A stretch of DNA of 64,000 nucleotides from an uncultured Nitrososphaerota archaeon (GTDB taxonomy: Archaea; Thermoproteota; Nitrososphaeria; Nitrososphaerales; Gagatemarchaeaceae): positions 160,001 through 224,000 of the forward strand of contig CAWISW010000002.1 in the NCBI GenBank assembly GCA_963838925.1. Direction: 5' to 3'. Under the pieces are notes generated by a model. It did not search any database and was not told the DNA's origin. It saw nothing but the letters and a program-made list of their open reading frames with translations. The position numbers were made by a program, and so were the translations under genes. How positions within the stretch are numbered: position 1 is the first letter of the stretch; every line of letters begins with the position of its first letter. Positions 7,595-17,502 of the stretch are shown in pieces.

Positions 7595-10267
7595 AAATCC
7601 AACTCCGGCAAGATGTCGTCGTTCGCGAGCATCCACCTGGTGGGGCTGGGCGGCACCGGGACTAACGTGATCCAAGCACTCATCGAGAGCGACCGGTTCT
7701 TCAAGCTGCTTACGGCGGAGGACTTCAACATCGCGTGCCTCTCTATAGACGTTGCAGACGCCGACATCTCCAACCTCGTGAGCTCCTACAAGGCGACCCA
7801 GGCGAAGCTCGAGGCCGCGGGAGTCTCCGTCGACCGCCTGTGGGTCAGGGGCCTCAACATGAAGTTCAACACCCCCGAGTCTCTCTTCGAGTTCATGGGG
7901 AAGTACAACACATATCTCATGAAGGAGGGGATAGTCGCCACCAACTACAAGCCCTGGGTGCAGTCCTCGATGACCATCCCGCCTCTCGCGGGAGGCGTCG
8001 GGAGGATGAGGGCCCTGAGCAAGGCGGTCTATGCCCTGAACTACTACCACTACAGCGAGCTCAACAGCGCCATCTCGGTCTTCAAAGACCGGGTCCTCAC
8101 CTCAAAGTTCCAGCCGATAGTCGTCCTAGTCTTCGGGCTGGGCGGGGGCACAGGCAGCGGGATGGTCTTCGACTTTGCGAGGCACCTCCGCGCCAAGCTG
8201 GGGTCCTCGGTCCCGATAATGGGCCTCGCTATCCTTCCCAGCGCCGCCGACGACCTCTTGGCGAGAGGTCCTGCGCCCTACAACGCGCTGATGGAGGCAG
8301 AGCTCCTCTTCAACAGAAAGCTCAACGAGCAGGTCGCGAAGAAGTACGGGGCGGCATACACCAACCCCTTCAACTCCTTGTTCTTCGTCCCCCTCGACCC
8401 GGTGTACAACAACAGGAACAACCTGGTCACCGCGAAGAAGGAGCTCGACGAGTCTATCATAGACATCCTGAGCATGTTCATGCGTTTCGACCTCGCAGAC
8501 CTCCTCAGCAGGGTCGGGACCAACAACGACTTCGGTGCCAACTGGGCTCACACCCTCGCCTACCTGCGGATCCGGTACCCCGTCCAGGACTACATCGACT
8601 ACATGCACGAGTACCTCAAGCTGCTCGAGACCCTCGGCTCCTTCATGGACTCCAAGAAGGAAGCCCTCGTGACGATCAACGACGCGATGAAGAACAGGTT
8701 CGCCGCGCTCAAGAACCTCTACCGCAAGAACCTCATCCAGACGAACAACTACCGACCCGACTCCTTCGACTCCGAGGTCGAGGAGGTCATCAGGAGGGCG
8801 GGGAAGTTCGAGGCCGAGTTCAAGAAGCAGGTCAGGGGTCTCGAGGACTTCGCTCTGAACTACAACCAGCGGTGGAGCAAGGTGCTCCAGGCGATGGCCT
8901 TCGGGCCGGAGACCGTCGAGTACAGCGTCATCCAGGGTCTGACGCACTGGCACCAACAGATCTCCAACCTCGGAGCGAACTACGAGCAGTTCCTCAAGGA
9001 CATACCGCTCTACACCTCTGAGCTCGAGAACAGCATCACCGCTAGCAAGTTCCTCACGTCTAGCCAGATACGGCAGATCAGGAGCTACGTCAGCTTCGTC
9101 AACCTGGTCGCGGTGTCCCTCGATACGCTCAACCTCTACATCAGGGCGAAGGGCCTGGCCGACGAAGTGGCGGTACTCTACGCGAAGGACGAGAGCAAGG
9201 AGGGCAGGATGGCGGCGGCGAAGGGAGAGACGGACCTGCTGCCCCTGTACAAGGCCGCTGGGTACATCCTCAACCGCCCCGAGACCGAGATAAAGGTCTC
9301 CGACCAGTACATCCCCGGCATCAGGGTCGTCAAGAAGGGCCTGGACGACTCCTACAGGGAGGCCAGCGCCAGCCTGGAGTCGACGGAGAGGCTACTCGCG
9401 CAGAAGGAGCAGGACGTCGCGAGGCTGAGCAAGGAGATCGACAAGATCAAGCTCGACGTCAGCGGGAAGAAGAAGCTGATCAAGCGCACGCTCGACTCGC
9501 TGCAGAACGAGGTGGAGGCGGTGCGCGTCCAGATAGAGGGACAGAGGCAGGACCGCGACAAGCTGAGGGCGGACCTCGACAAGCTCACCGAGCTGGAGAA
9601 GGCCTTGGAGATCACATCGCCGTACAGGAAGATCCTCGCGAACGTCGTGAACAAGACCACGGAGCTCAACACGCTGATGAGCGGGATAACGAACACCGGC
9701 AGCTACTACGAGAGGGTCGTCGAGCTCAGCGAGGTGGAGCAGGTAAAGATAATGGAGAAGATCCTCCGCGAGGACGAGGAGAGCCTGAAGGGCGACTCCA
9801 TCCTGAAGGAGATAGTCGACAGGGAGAGGTTCCGGAGCATAGTCAAGAGCTACATCCGCATATTCAGCGTCCCCAACTACCCGGGGCTCTCAGACACCTA
9901 CCGGTCGGACCTGATATGGGCGACCGTCGGCATCCCGCCCGGCCTGTGGGACCAGGAGCTGCAAGGCGCGCTCTCGAGCACCCTCAACGTGTATTCGAGC
10001 GTCGAGGCCAGCAAGAGCATCTCCCTGCGGCAGATCCCCCAGATGGACCCCTGGACGATCACCTTCCTCGTAATCATGGCCAAGGCGAGGATCGACCAGA
10101 TAGAGAAGTTCCCGTCGATGAAGAACGACATGGAGGGGGTGCAAAAGTCTGAGAGGCTCCTCTTCAGGAGCTTCCTACTCGAGCAGGGACTGGCGAGCCT
10201 CGACGAGCTAATCGCCAAGTTCGAAGAGAGAAGGGCGGCACAGAACACCAAAGAAAGGGAGGTCTGA
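7589..10267 (+). CDS. Tubulin/FtsZ superfamily GTPase (Tubulin_2/FtsZ-like) with long coiled-coil insert
   Basis: T1 VGLGGTG, T3 GGVGRMR, T4 GLGGGTGSG, T5 AILP, T7-like FDLADL; heptad-rich K/E/L region around aa 590-700. Confidence 0.9.
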   Translation: MSKSNSGKMSSFASIHLVGLGGTGTNVIQALIESDRFFKLLTAEDFNIACLSIDVADADISNLVSSYKATQAKLEAAGVSVDRLWVRGLNMKFNTPESLFEFMGKYNTYLMKEGIVATNYKPWVQSSMTIPPLAGGVGRMRALSKAVYALNYYHYSELNSAISVFKDRVLTSKFQPIVVLVFGLGGGTGSGMVFDFARHLRAKLGSSVPIMGLAILPSAADDLLARGPAPYNALMEAELLFNRKLNEQVAKKYGAAYTNPFNSLFFVPLDPVYNNRNNLVTAKKELDESIIDILSMFMRFDLADLLSRVGTNNDFGANWAHTLAYLRIRYPVQDYIDYMHEYLKLLETLGSFMDSKKEALVTINDAMKNRFAALKNLYRKNLIQTNNYRPDSFDSEVEEVIRRAGKFEAEFKKQVRGLEDFALNYNQRWSKVLQAMAFGPETVEYSVIQGLTHWHQQISNLGANYEQFLKDIPLYTSELENSITASKFLTSSQIRQIRSYVSFVNLVAVSLDTLNLYIRAKGLADEVAVLYAKDESKEGRMAAAKGETDLLPLYKAAGYILNRPETEIKVSDQYIPGIRVVKKGLDDSYREASASLESTERLLAQKEQDVARLSKEIDKIKLDVSGKKKLIKRTLDSLQNEVEAVRVQIEGQRQDRDKLRADLDKLTELEKALEITSPYRKILANVVNKTTELNTLMSGITNTGSYYERVVELSEVEQVKIMEKILREDEESLKGDSILKEIVDRERFRSIVKSYIRIFSVPNYPGLSDTYRSDLIWATVGIPPGLWDQELQGALSSTLNVYSSVEASKSISLRQIPQMDPWTITFLVIMAKARIDQIEKFPSMKNDMEGVQKSERLLFRSFLLEQGLASLDELIAKFEERRAAQNTKEREV

Positions 10268-12528
10268 TGGCCCAGGTTGAGAGCAGGTCAAGGGCAAGGG
10301 TCATTGCCTACACCTCCGCACTAATAATCGCAATCGCCTCGTCGGTCTACCTCGCGGTCGTCCCATTCCTGCCCGCGTCTCCCATCGTCCCGCTCCTGGT
10401 GGGCGTGGCGCTCGGCGGCCTCTCGCTGAGGAACAGAGGGATCTCCATCGCCACCCTCTACCTTCTCGTCTACTTCTCAGTCCTCTGGCAGATGATCGGC
10501 TTCGGGTTCTTCCAGCTCCTCTCAGCGGGCGTCGGCGTCTCAGTCCTGCTCGCCATGGCGGTCCCGCTCCTCCCGTTCATGACGAAGAGGGTCGAGCTGA
10601 GCTCCATGGCGCTCGCGGTCCTGGCCGTCGCGCTCATGCTGACCCCCGCGTACTTCGTCTCCATACCGCTCATCGCCGCGGCGGCTCTGACGTTCGGCGG
10701 CCTGGCGAGCCTCGAGGCCCTCGCCACGACCTTCCTCTTCTTCCTCACCCCCTTCATGCTGCTCGAGAACGCCCTCTACTTCACGACGACGAGCGGCGCG
10801 ACCGCACCCATAATCTTCGGGCAGTTCTCCCTCCTCTCTCAGAACATGAGGCCGCCCCTCCCTGGCCTCAACGTGCTTCTCACCGGCCTTCCCGCTAACT
10901 ACCTGTCCCACTACGCCCTGCCCGTCTCGGGCTGGCTCTCGGAGAGCTCGGGCGTCCTGCTCATACCTCTGTTGATCCTCGGGGTGATCCTCGTCGCCTC
11001 CTCTTCCATGGGGGGTCTCACGCGAACCCTGGTCGAAAGGCTCGAGCGGTCGAGGGAGATGACCGGAAGGGTGAGGCTCGTACTGGCGCCCCTCGTGGTG
11101 GCCGTTGTGACCCCCACCGTCTTCATCGTGCTCCTTACCCTGCTGTCTCGCCCCGAGGCGGGCGGCTTCCAGACCTCGCTCACCGACGACCCGTCGCACC
11201 TTCAGGCGTTCTACATGCTCGGCTCCTCCTTCCTGCTGACCACGTCGTTCATCGGGAGGGAGTCCCTGATACTGAGGCTGGAGAGCGTCCAGGTCGGCAC
11301 CGAGGGGCTCGAGGAGCTGATCGGGAGGTGCCTCGGGAAGATGAAGGAGGTCCAGGAGCTGCTAGACCTGGTCTCGCGCCGGGTCCCGTCGATGAGCCTG
11401 AGCGGGGAGAGGCAGTCGCTCTCAGAGTATGCAACTTACATCGCCGACGTCCGAAGGCAGCTCAAGGGGGCGAGCGGCGCCCTGATAGGGCAGTTCCAGA
11501 CCCAGTTGCAGGCGACCGTCCTCCAGCCCCTGACGCAGCTGCCAGACATCGTCAGGCACAGGGTGGCGAACGAGATCAGAGGGCTCATCTCGGCGACCGC
11601 AACCGCCAACAACCACCTCAAGGAGGCCAACGTCCCCCTCGAGTATCCTGACATCCCTGCCCCGGAAGACGGGGCGAGGCTCGACGACCTGATCGGCGCC
11701 TACGAGGCTGCAGCGTCCGCCGTGAAGGAGGTCACGCTGGAGCTCTCAGACGAGTACGGCCGGGAGTCGACCGCCCTCGACGTGCTCATGGGACAGGAGG
11801 AGGTGAGCCCGCCGGTCAGCGCAGCAGTGCTGATGGAGTCGAACGAGCTCGTCGGCGCAATGAGGCTGGTTGCCGAGGAGTACTGGCTCAACTTCCACCT
11901 CCGATGGGCGGAGCAGGTCGACCAGAAGAAAGCCGCCCTCCTGGCTAGGATGAAGGACCTCGAGGACGCCGTGAGCGAGACGGAGCGGCCCCGCATCGAA
12001 GAGATAGAGAAGACCGTGGAGGCCGCGGAGCCCGCGAGGTCTGTCGCGACTCTCAAGGGCCTCTCGCAACTGCGGACAATGCTTGAGGTCATCGTCTCCC
12101 GCACGTCCTCGGGAGCTGACAGGGTCGGTGCGATGCTCGAGTCGCTAGACCTCAAGTCCGTGAGGACGCTCAGGTTCGAGACCGTGAACCGCCTCACCGA
12201 GGTGGTCGAGCTCAAGAAGAGGCTCGATAACGTAGTGGCAAGCTTCGACAGCCTGACAAAGTTCCTCGACAACGCGACTGGCGTCCTCAAGAGCCAGTCC
12301 GCAGCATGGAAGAGCGACCGCGAGAACCTCGTGGCCCTCGCGCAGTACCCGCTCGCCAAGAAGATAATCCGGTCGATGCTGGAGAACCAGACGACGCTCC
12401 CGTTGGCAAAACTGCCTTACCAGAAGAGGGCTGCGGGCCTCTACGCGCAGCTCTACGCGACCGGGAACCCAGGAGTGGAGTACGACGAGGGCGGGGAGAG
12501 CTTGGTGGTGAAGGAAGAGCATGGCTAG
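10267..12528 (+). CDS. Polytopic membrane protein with large cytoplasmic helical/coiled-coil domain
   Basis: About 9-10 TMs in the first ~330 aa, then ~400 aa of amphipathic helices; TGATG coupling to the tubulin-like gene. Confidence 0.85.
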   Translation: MAQVESRSRARVIAYTSALIIAIASSVYLAVVPFLPASPIVPLLVGVALGGLSLRNRGISIATLYLLVYFSVLWQMIGFGFFQLLSAGVGVSVLLAMAVPLLPFMTKRVELSSMALAVLAVALMLTPAYFVSIPLIAAAALTFGGLASLEALATTFLFFLTPFMLLENALYFTTTSGATAPIIFGQFSLLSQNMRPPLPGLNVLLTGLPANYLSHYALPVSGWLSESSGVLLIPLLILGVILVASSSMGGLTRTLVERLERSREMTGRVRLVLAPLVVAVVTPTVFIVLLTLLSRPEAGGFQTSLTDDPSHLQAFYMLGSSFLLTTSFIGRESLILRLESVQVGTEGLEELIGRCLGKMKEVQELLDLVSRRVPSMSLSGERQSLSEYATYIADVRRQLKGASGALIGQFQTQLQATVLQPLTQLPDIVRHRVANEIRGLISATATANNHLKEANVPLEYPDIPAPEDGARLDDLIGAYEAAASAVKEVTLELSDEYGRESTALDVLMGQEEVSPPVSAAVLMESNELVGAMRLVAEEYWLNFHLRWAEQVDQKKAALLARMKDLEDAVSETERPRIEEIEKTVEAAEPARSVATLKGLSQLRTMLEVIVSRTSSGADRVGAMLESLDLKSVRTLRFETVNRLTEVVELKKRLDNVVASFDSLTKFLDNATGVLKSQSAAWKSDRENLVALAQYPLAKKIIRSMLENQTTLPLAKLPYQKRAAGLYAQLYATGNPGVEYDEGGESLVVKEEHG

Positions 12529-13564
12529 GTGCCCCAACGGCCACGAGCAGCGCCTAGGGCTAAAGTGCGCGATGTGCGGAGCGGAGCTCTCATACAGGGA
12601 GTCCGTCACCGAACTTCGGAACCTGCCAAGGGTCGAGCCGGACTACGGCAAGGTCTCGATACTCACAGTAGGGTACCCGAGGCTCTCCCCCTCGGCCTAC
12701 TACGTCGGCGAGGTCTCCACAGGGCCGACTGACGTCAAGACGGCGACGACCTTCCAGGTGGCCAGCATACGGGGCGGCAGCTGGCGCGACCTCCAGAAGA
12801 AGTACCAGGAGGACCTTCGCAGGTGGATGAAGCTCGTAGGCGTCGACAAGTCCACCGACAGGATAGTGGTCGTGGACACGACGAACCCGCTCTCGGTCCT
12901 CGCCGTCTCAGCCCTCCCGAAGCTCGAGCACACCGCGGTGATCGCGGTCGTGGCCGACCGCGACTCGACCCCGCTCGAGCAGAACACGAGCTACGTCGCC
13001 CTCTCGCTCGCCCTCAACAGCGGCCTTCCGGTCATCGTCCTCTCCGAGACGTTCGAAAGAGAGATGCTCTACTTCACCGAAGACAGGGGGTTCGCGACGC
13101 GCGCCGAGGCCATGTCGAGGCTACTGAGTCCCATGCTCGAAGCGGCAGACGATCTCATGGACCTCCTCGAGAGAGACCTGAAGCTGGGCGTGAGGCTTCA
13201 CTGCCTTTCTGCGATAGTGGCGGGCTCAAAGTCCGTGTACGGGATCGCAACCAACGCGTTCATGGCGCAGAGCTACAACCTCTCAGTAGGGTCCATGCCC
13301 GACGATTGTCAGACCGTCCACTCCCTCGTCTTCTCTGGTGAGGAGACGGAAGGCGAGTTCGAGAAGAGCTTCGGCGTCTTCCGCAACAGGAAGTTCAAGG
13401 GAGCGCTCAGCGCCGAGTTCCGCTTCCACGAGTCCAGGTCGGCGCTGTACGACATGGTGACGCTATACGGGATGGGAGCAGACGCATTCCTCCAGGGCCT
13501 TGCGGACGGCTATCAGGCGATTGCGAAGAGCATGCCCGAGCTCAAAGCGGAAGGGGTGTCCTGA
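12521..13564 (+). CDS. Zn-ribbon plus degenerate tubulin/FtsZ-like protein
   Basis: N-term CPNGH...CAMC; IAVVADRDSTPLEQNTSYVALSLAL resembles the tubulin T5-H5 region; no GGGTG motif. Confidence 0.6.
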   Translation: MARCPNGHEQRLGLKCAMCGAELSYRESVTELRNLPRVEPDYGKVSILTVGYPRLSPSAYYVGEVSTGPTDVKTATTFQVASIRGGSWRDLQKKYQEDLRRWMKLVGVDKSTDRIVVVDTTNPLSVLAVSALPKLEHTAVIAVVADRDSTPLEQNTSYVALSLALNSGLPVIVLSETFEREMLYFTEDRGFATRAEAMSRLLSPMLEAADDLMDLLERDLKLGVRLHCLSAIVAGSKSVYGIATNAFMAQSYNLSVGSMPDDCQTVHSLVFSGEETEGEFEKSFGVFRNRKFKGALSAEFRFHESRSALYDMVTLYGMGADAFLQGLADGYQAIAKSMPELKAEGVS

Positions 13565-13569
13565 AGCCC

Positions 13570-14346
13570 ATGGCCGAACCGCCTCAAGCCGGGACCCCGC
13601 GAGCCTACAAGCTCGTCTCGGCGACATACCGGGACAAGGCCTATCCTGACGGCATCTTCCTCGTGGACGAGAAGCGTGGCGAGATCGAGCTCAGGCAGTG
13701 GGTGGGCAGGCGGAAGAAGGAACAGGCCCCGGTGGCCAGGTTCCGCTTCGAGCCCACCACGGAGGTGCGGGTGGACGGCCCACTTCTCAAGGTCTCTGAC
13801 CTCGCGATAACCCTCGAATCTCCCGAAGAGGCGGCAGAAGTGGCCGGGCTGCTCCGGAGGCCCGCCCGTGAGCGCGAGGCCTCGAGCGTCCTCTCGGACT
13901 CGGAGTCGGCTGTGAGGAGCTTCCTGGAGTCCAGGGGCGAGGCCATGGCCTTCCTCGCCAAGCTGAAGGCGGAGCCGAGGGAAGCGCTCTTGAGCGCAGA
14001 GTCGTCGTGGCCAGCCGATTACTCGGGTGAGCCGATAGACGCCGTGTACTCTACCTATTCCTCGAGCCTCGCCGTGTCGCTTGAGAAGATGACCTCCTCG
14101 CTTGCGGACGCCGAGAAGAGCCTTGGCCCCGGGGTCACCGGGAGGCTCTACGCGGTCGCTTACACCATCGGGGCCGTGCAGAACTCGCTCTTCGAGGGCG
14201 ACTCCGATCTTGCGCAGGAGCTCGCCGCCCTACAGGAGCTCGGCATCTCTTCCACCGCCCAAGAGTTGCGAGCGGAAGACCCCACGGAGAAGCTGCTTCA
14301 GCGCGCCCACGGATCGCTATCGATCCTCGCCAACGCTCCCGCCTGA
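13570..14346 (+). CDS. Hypothetical protein: N-terminal PH-like domain plus helical bundle
   Basis: Beta-strand-rich N-terminus closed by helix SPEEAAEVAGLLRR; 5 nt after the upstream stop. Confidence 0.65.
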   Translation: MAEPPQAGTPRAYKLVSATYRDKAYPDGIFLVDEKRGEIELRQWVGRRKKEQAPVARFRFEPTTEVRVDGPLLKVSDLAITLESPEEAAEVAGLLRRPAREREASSVLSDSESAVRSFLESRGEAMAFLAKLKAEPREALLSAESSWPADYSGEPIDAVYSTYSSSLAVSLEKMTSSLADAEKSLGPGVTGRLYAVAYTIGAVQNSLFEGDSDLAQELAALQELGISSTAQELRAEDPTEKLLQRAHGSLSILANAPA

Positions 14347-14388
14347 CCGATGCAGCCCGGAGCCTGGGCCGCGACGCATCTGCAGCGA

Positions 14389-15603
14389 CTACAGGGCCGG
14401 CCTTGCGCCCACCGTGACGAGGACTGTCTTCAACGTCGTGCCCCTCATTATGCCGACGCTGAGGGAGTGCCCGGGAACCGCATACTCCTCGAGGTATGAC
14501 GCCAAGGCGTCGTGGTTCTCGATCCTCGTCCCGTTTATCGAGACGATGACGTCCCCGCCAGTGATGTACGTGTTCCCCTCGACGCTCGCCTGCTTGGTCC
14601 CTGCCTGGATGCCCGCGCTGGCTGCCGGACCTCCCGCCACGACGTTCTCGATCAGGACGCCGTAGGTCACGTTGTTGCCGTTGGCCTGGGCCAGCTGGTA
14701 GAACATGTCCGCCGTGCCTATCCCTAGGTACGGGTGCATGCTGAATGTCCCGGTCGTGATCAAGGAGGAGAGCTCCCTTGAAACCGCGTCCGAGGGAATG
14801 GCGAACCCGACCCCCTGGGAGCCGTTGACGGTGGCCGTGGTGAGCCCTATCACTTGCCCGTTCACGTTGAAGAGGGGGCCCCCGGAGTTCCCCGGGTTGA
14901 TGGGCGCGCTGAACTGGATGACGTCAGCAATCGAGTAGTTCCCAGACGTGGTCTCGCTGATGGTCCTCCCCAGCTGGCTGACCACTCCGACCGTGAGCGA
15001 GCCGGAGAGGCCGAAGGGGTTCCCTATCGCCGCGACGGGGTCCCCCACGTGGACCGCAGAGGACGAGGAGAGGGTGAGGGGGTGAAACTCGGACGCGGGT
15101 GCGTTGGGGACCTTGACGACCGCGAGGTCGCTGTAGGGGTCGGTCCCTACCACCGACGCCGGATACGCGTTCCCGTCCCAGAAGATGACCGTCATGTTGG
15201 TCGCGCCATCGACCACGTGGAAGTTGGTCACTACGTAGTCCGCGCCGTTGTAGGTCATGACGAACCCCGACCCGAGGACCTCCTCGGTGACCGGGACGCT
15301 GTAGAACCCGTTGCTCACTGTCGTGGAGACGAACCCGTCCACGGTGACGACGCTCCCGTTCGAGTCCTTGTAGATCTGGACCGCGTCTATCGAGGCAGCG
15401 GTCGACCCGGTGACGGCCGCGCCGCCTCCTGTGACGGTGGTGGTGGAGACAGACGTGGACGTAACCGTGTTGGTGGCCGCGGAGGCCGCGTGTCCTCCCA
15501 CGACGTAGTACGACGCCCCAGCGCCCAGCCCGGCTGCCAGAATCAACAGGATCGCGATTGCGGCGATCCTCTTAGCCCCAAGACCTTGAGAAGGATAATC
15601 CAT
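14389..15603 (-). CDS. htrA: HtrA/DegP-family serine protease with PDZ domain, N-terminal membrane anchor
   Basis: TNFHVV, SDLAV, INPGNSGGPL catalytic triad; C-terminal PDZ (GDVIVSING). Confidence 0.95.
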   Translation of the reverse strand: MDYPSQGLGAKRIAAIAILLILAAGLGAGASYYVVGGHAASAATNTVTSTSVSTTTVTGGGAAVTGSTAASIDAVQIYKDSNGSVVTVDGFVSTTVSNGFYSVPVTEEVLGSGFVMTYNGADYVVTNFHVVDGATNMTVIFWDGNAYPASVVGTDPYSDLAVVKVPNAPASEFHPLTLSSSSAVHVGDPVAAIGNPFGLSGSLTVGVVSQLGRTISETTSGNYSIADVIQFSAPINPGNSGGPLFNVNGQVIGLTTATVNGSQGVGFAIPSDAVSRELSSLITTGTFSMHPYLGIGTADMFYQLAQANGNNVTYGVLIENVVAGGPAASAGIQAGTKQASVEGNTYITGGDVIVSINGTRIENHDALASYLEEYAVPGHSLSVGIMRGTTLKTVLVTVGARPAL

Positions 15604-15724
15604 GCTCTACCAGAACCTCTGTGTCTTGGGGCATCTCGCCTCGGGACTTTAATAATCCGATTGGTGCATCTCTCTATCCTACCGGAGCCAGGACTTCACG
15701 CTCGCTAAGAAGAGCCCTCGGGCC

Positions 15725-16123
15725 TTATGCCTCGAGCGGTCCCAGCACCAGTATGGCAAAGAGCAACATCCCGAGCACCAGCAGGGTCACGCCCACGTAC
15801 AGCATGTCCCTCTCCCTGAGAAACAGGATGACCGACGCAGCCACGCGCACGAGCGGCGTCGCGAGGAGGGTCAGGGTGCCGAGCTGTAGTATGCCTACGG
15901 CGCTCCCGTGGGCGATACCCGCTAACCAAGCCGAGGGCGTGAGCGTGGGCCCGCCGAACTTGGCGGCGATCGTCCCTTGGAGGGTGCTGGGCGCCCCCGC
16001 TGGAGGCGCAGCTAACAAGAGAACCAGGCCGATGGCTAAGACCGCCGAGCTCAGGACTATCCCGTACCTCAGAATCTTTCCGATGGTGTCGTTGAGGTCG
16101 TCCTCGGGACGCCTGACCGTCAA
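15725..16123 (-). CDS. DUF1634-family membrane protein
   Basis: LLLATPLVRV-like motif; typical partner of TauE; 4-nt overlap. Confidence 0.85.
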   Translation of the reverse strand: MTVRRPEDDLNDTIGKILRYGIVLSSAVLAIGLVLLLAAPPAGAPSTLQGTIAAKFGGPTLTPSAWLAGIAHGSAVGILQLGTLTLLATPLVRVAASVILFLRERDMLYVGVTLLVLGMLLFAILVLGPLEA

Positions 16124-16986
16124 TGAGGTATCCCCATGTATATCATCTCGGCCCCGAAGACTAGCAGGATAATGATGAAGAGGACCCGGATTGAGGCCGG
16201 CTTAGACCTCACGAGCACCTTCGTCCCCGAAAGCGAGCCGACCACCACGCCCAGGGCCACGGGTGCCGCCAGGAGGACGTTGATGTACCCGCTGACGTAG
16301 AGGATCCCCGTGCTCGCCGTCGCGGTGACTCCTATCATGAAGTTGCTCGTGGTGGTCGAGACCTTGAAGGGGAGCCTCATCATCGTGTCCATTCCCAGGA
16401 CCTTCAGGACGCCGCCCCCTACCCCCAGGAGCCCGGACATGAGCCCCGCGAAGAAGATCACGACGAATCCGGCGGGGACCCTCGTCGCTATGTAGCTCAC
16501 CTTCTCGTTCAGGGACTTGTCGTCGTACTCCCCGCGGAGCCTGAACCTCTCGGCGAGGGAGTTTGACGCAGTGTTCACCATTGACTCTCCCCTCTGCTCC
16601 ATCCTTGCGTTGACGAGGACGCTGTAGGCCGAGGAGAACAGCACGAGCCCGAAGACTATGAAGATTATCCAGCTCAGGCCGCTCCTGACGAAGTAGATCG
16701 TTGTTACGACCCCGAAGATGGACCCGAGCACCGACCCCATCTCCAAGAACATCCCTATCCGCAGGTTGGTTATCCTGTCCCTCACGTACGCGGATGCCGA
16801 CCCGCTCGACGTCGCGATTGTGGAGATTATACTGGCACCGATGGCGTACTCTATCGGGACGCCGAAGCCTATCGTGAGCGCGGGCACGACGAGGATGCCC
16901 CCGCCGACTCCCACCATCGACCCGATGAGGCCCGCGAGGATCGCGATGAGGAACATCAGGAGGAGGTACTCGTCGATTCCTATCAC
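16120..16986 (-). CDS. Sulfite exporter TauE/SafE family protein
   Basis: Duplicated GxGGG motifs (GVGGGILVVP, GVGGGVLKV); TSNFMIGVT. Confidence 0.9.
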   Translation of the reverse strand: MIGIDEYLLLMFLIAILAGLIGSMVGVGGGILVVPALTIGFGVPIEYAIGASIISTIATSSGSASAYVRDRITNLRIGMFLEMGSVLGSIFGVVTTIYFVRSGLSWIIFIVFGLVLFSSAYSVLVNARMEQRGESMVNTASNSLAERFRLRGEYDDKSLNEKVSYIATRVPAGFVVIFFAGLMSGLLGVGGGVLKVLGMDTMMRLPFKVSTTTSNFMIGVTATASTGILYVSGYINVLLAAPVALGVVVGSLSGTKVLVRSKPASIRVLFIIILLVFGAEMIYMGIPH

Positions 16987-17060
16987 GAGAGGTCGTGCTC
17001 ATCTCGGCCTCACCGTAAATAAGCCTGAGCAGGCCGCGCCCCTCCCGAGGCGAGGGCTCT

Positions 17061-17360
17061 CTAGATCACTTCGATCGACGACTCGGAGAAGCCGCGCTTC
17101 ACGAGTATCTCGACGACCCTGTCCCTGTGGTCGCCCTGCAGCAGGACGATGCCGTCCTTGACGGTCCCGCCCGTGGCGAGCATCTTCTTCATCTTGGTCC
17201 CGAGCTCTTGAAGGTCCTTCTCGTTCATCTTGAGGCCCTCGATCACAGTGGTGGGCTTCCTGAACCTGCGCATCTCCATCCTAACCTTGACACGCGCCTC
17301 TTCGCGGTCGAGCTCTGCGACTATGTCGTCAAAGCCCTCTTCTTCGTCCGAGCTACTCAC
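17061..17360 (-). CDS. Translation initiation factor SUI1 (aIF-1)
   Basis: RRFRKPTTVIEGL...LATGGTVKDG...LQGDHR. Confidence 0.95.
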   Translation of the reverse strand: MSSSDEEEGFDDIVAELDREEARVKVRMEMRRFRKPTTVIEGLKMNEKDLQELGTKMKKMLATGGTVKDGIVLLQGDHRDRVVEILVKRGFSESSIEVI

Positions 17361-17502
17361 TTGTGAATCACGGTATATCTCATTCTCCTATTAAGACTTA
17401 GCAGTGATCGGTAGCGGACGAGGGCGGTATCGCGGACCGGCCCCAAACGCCTCAGGGACGTTATTCGCTTATTAACGGCAAGTCGGCTCGGTCCTCCGAG
17501 TC

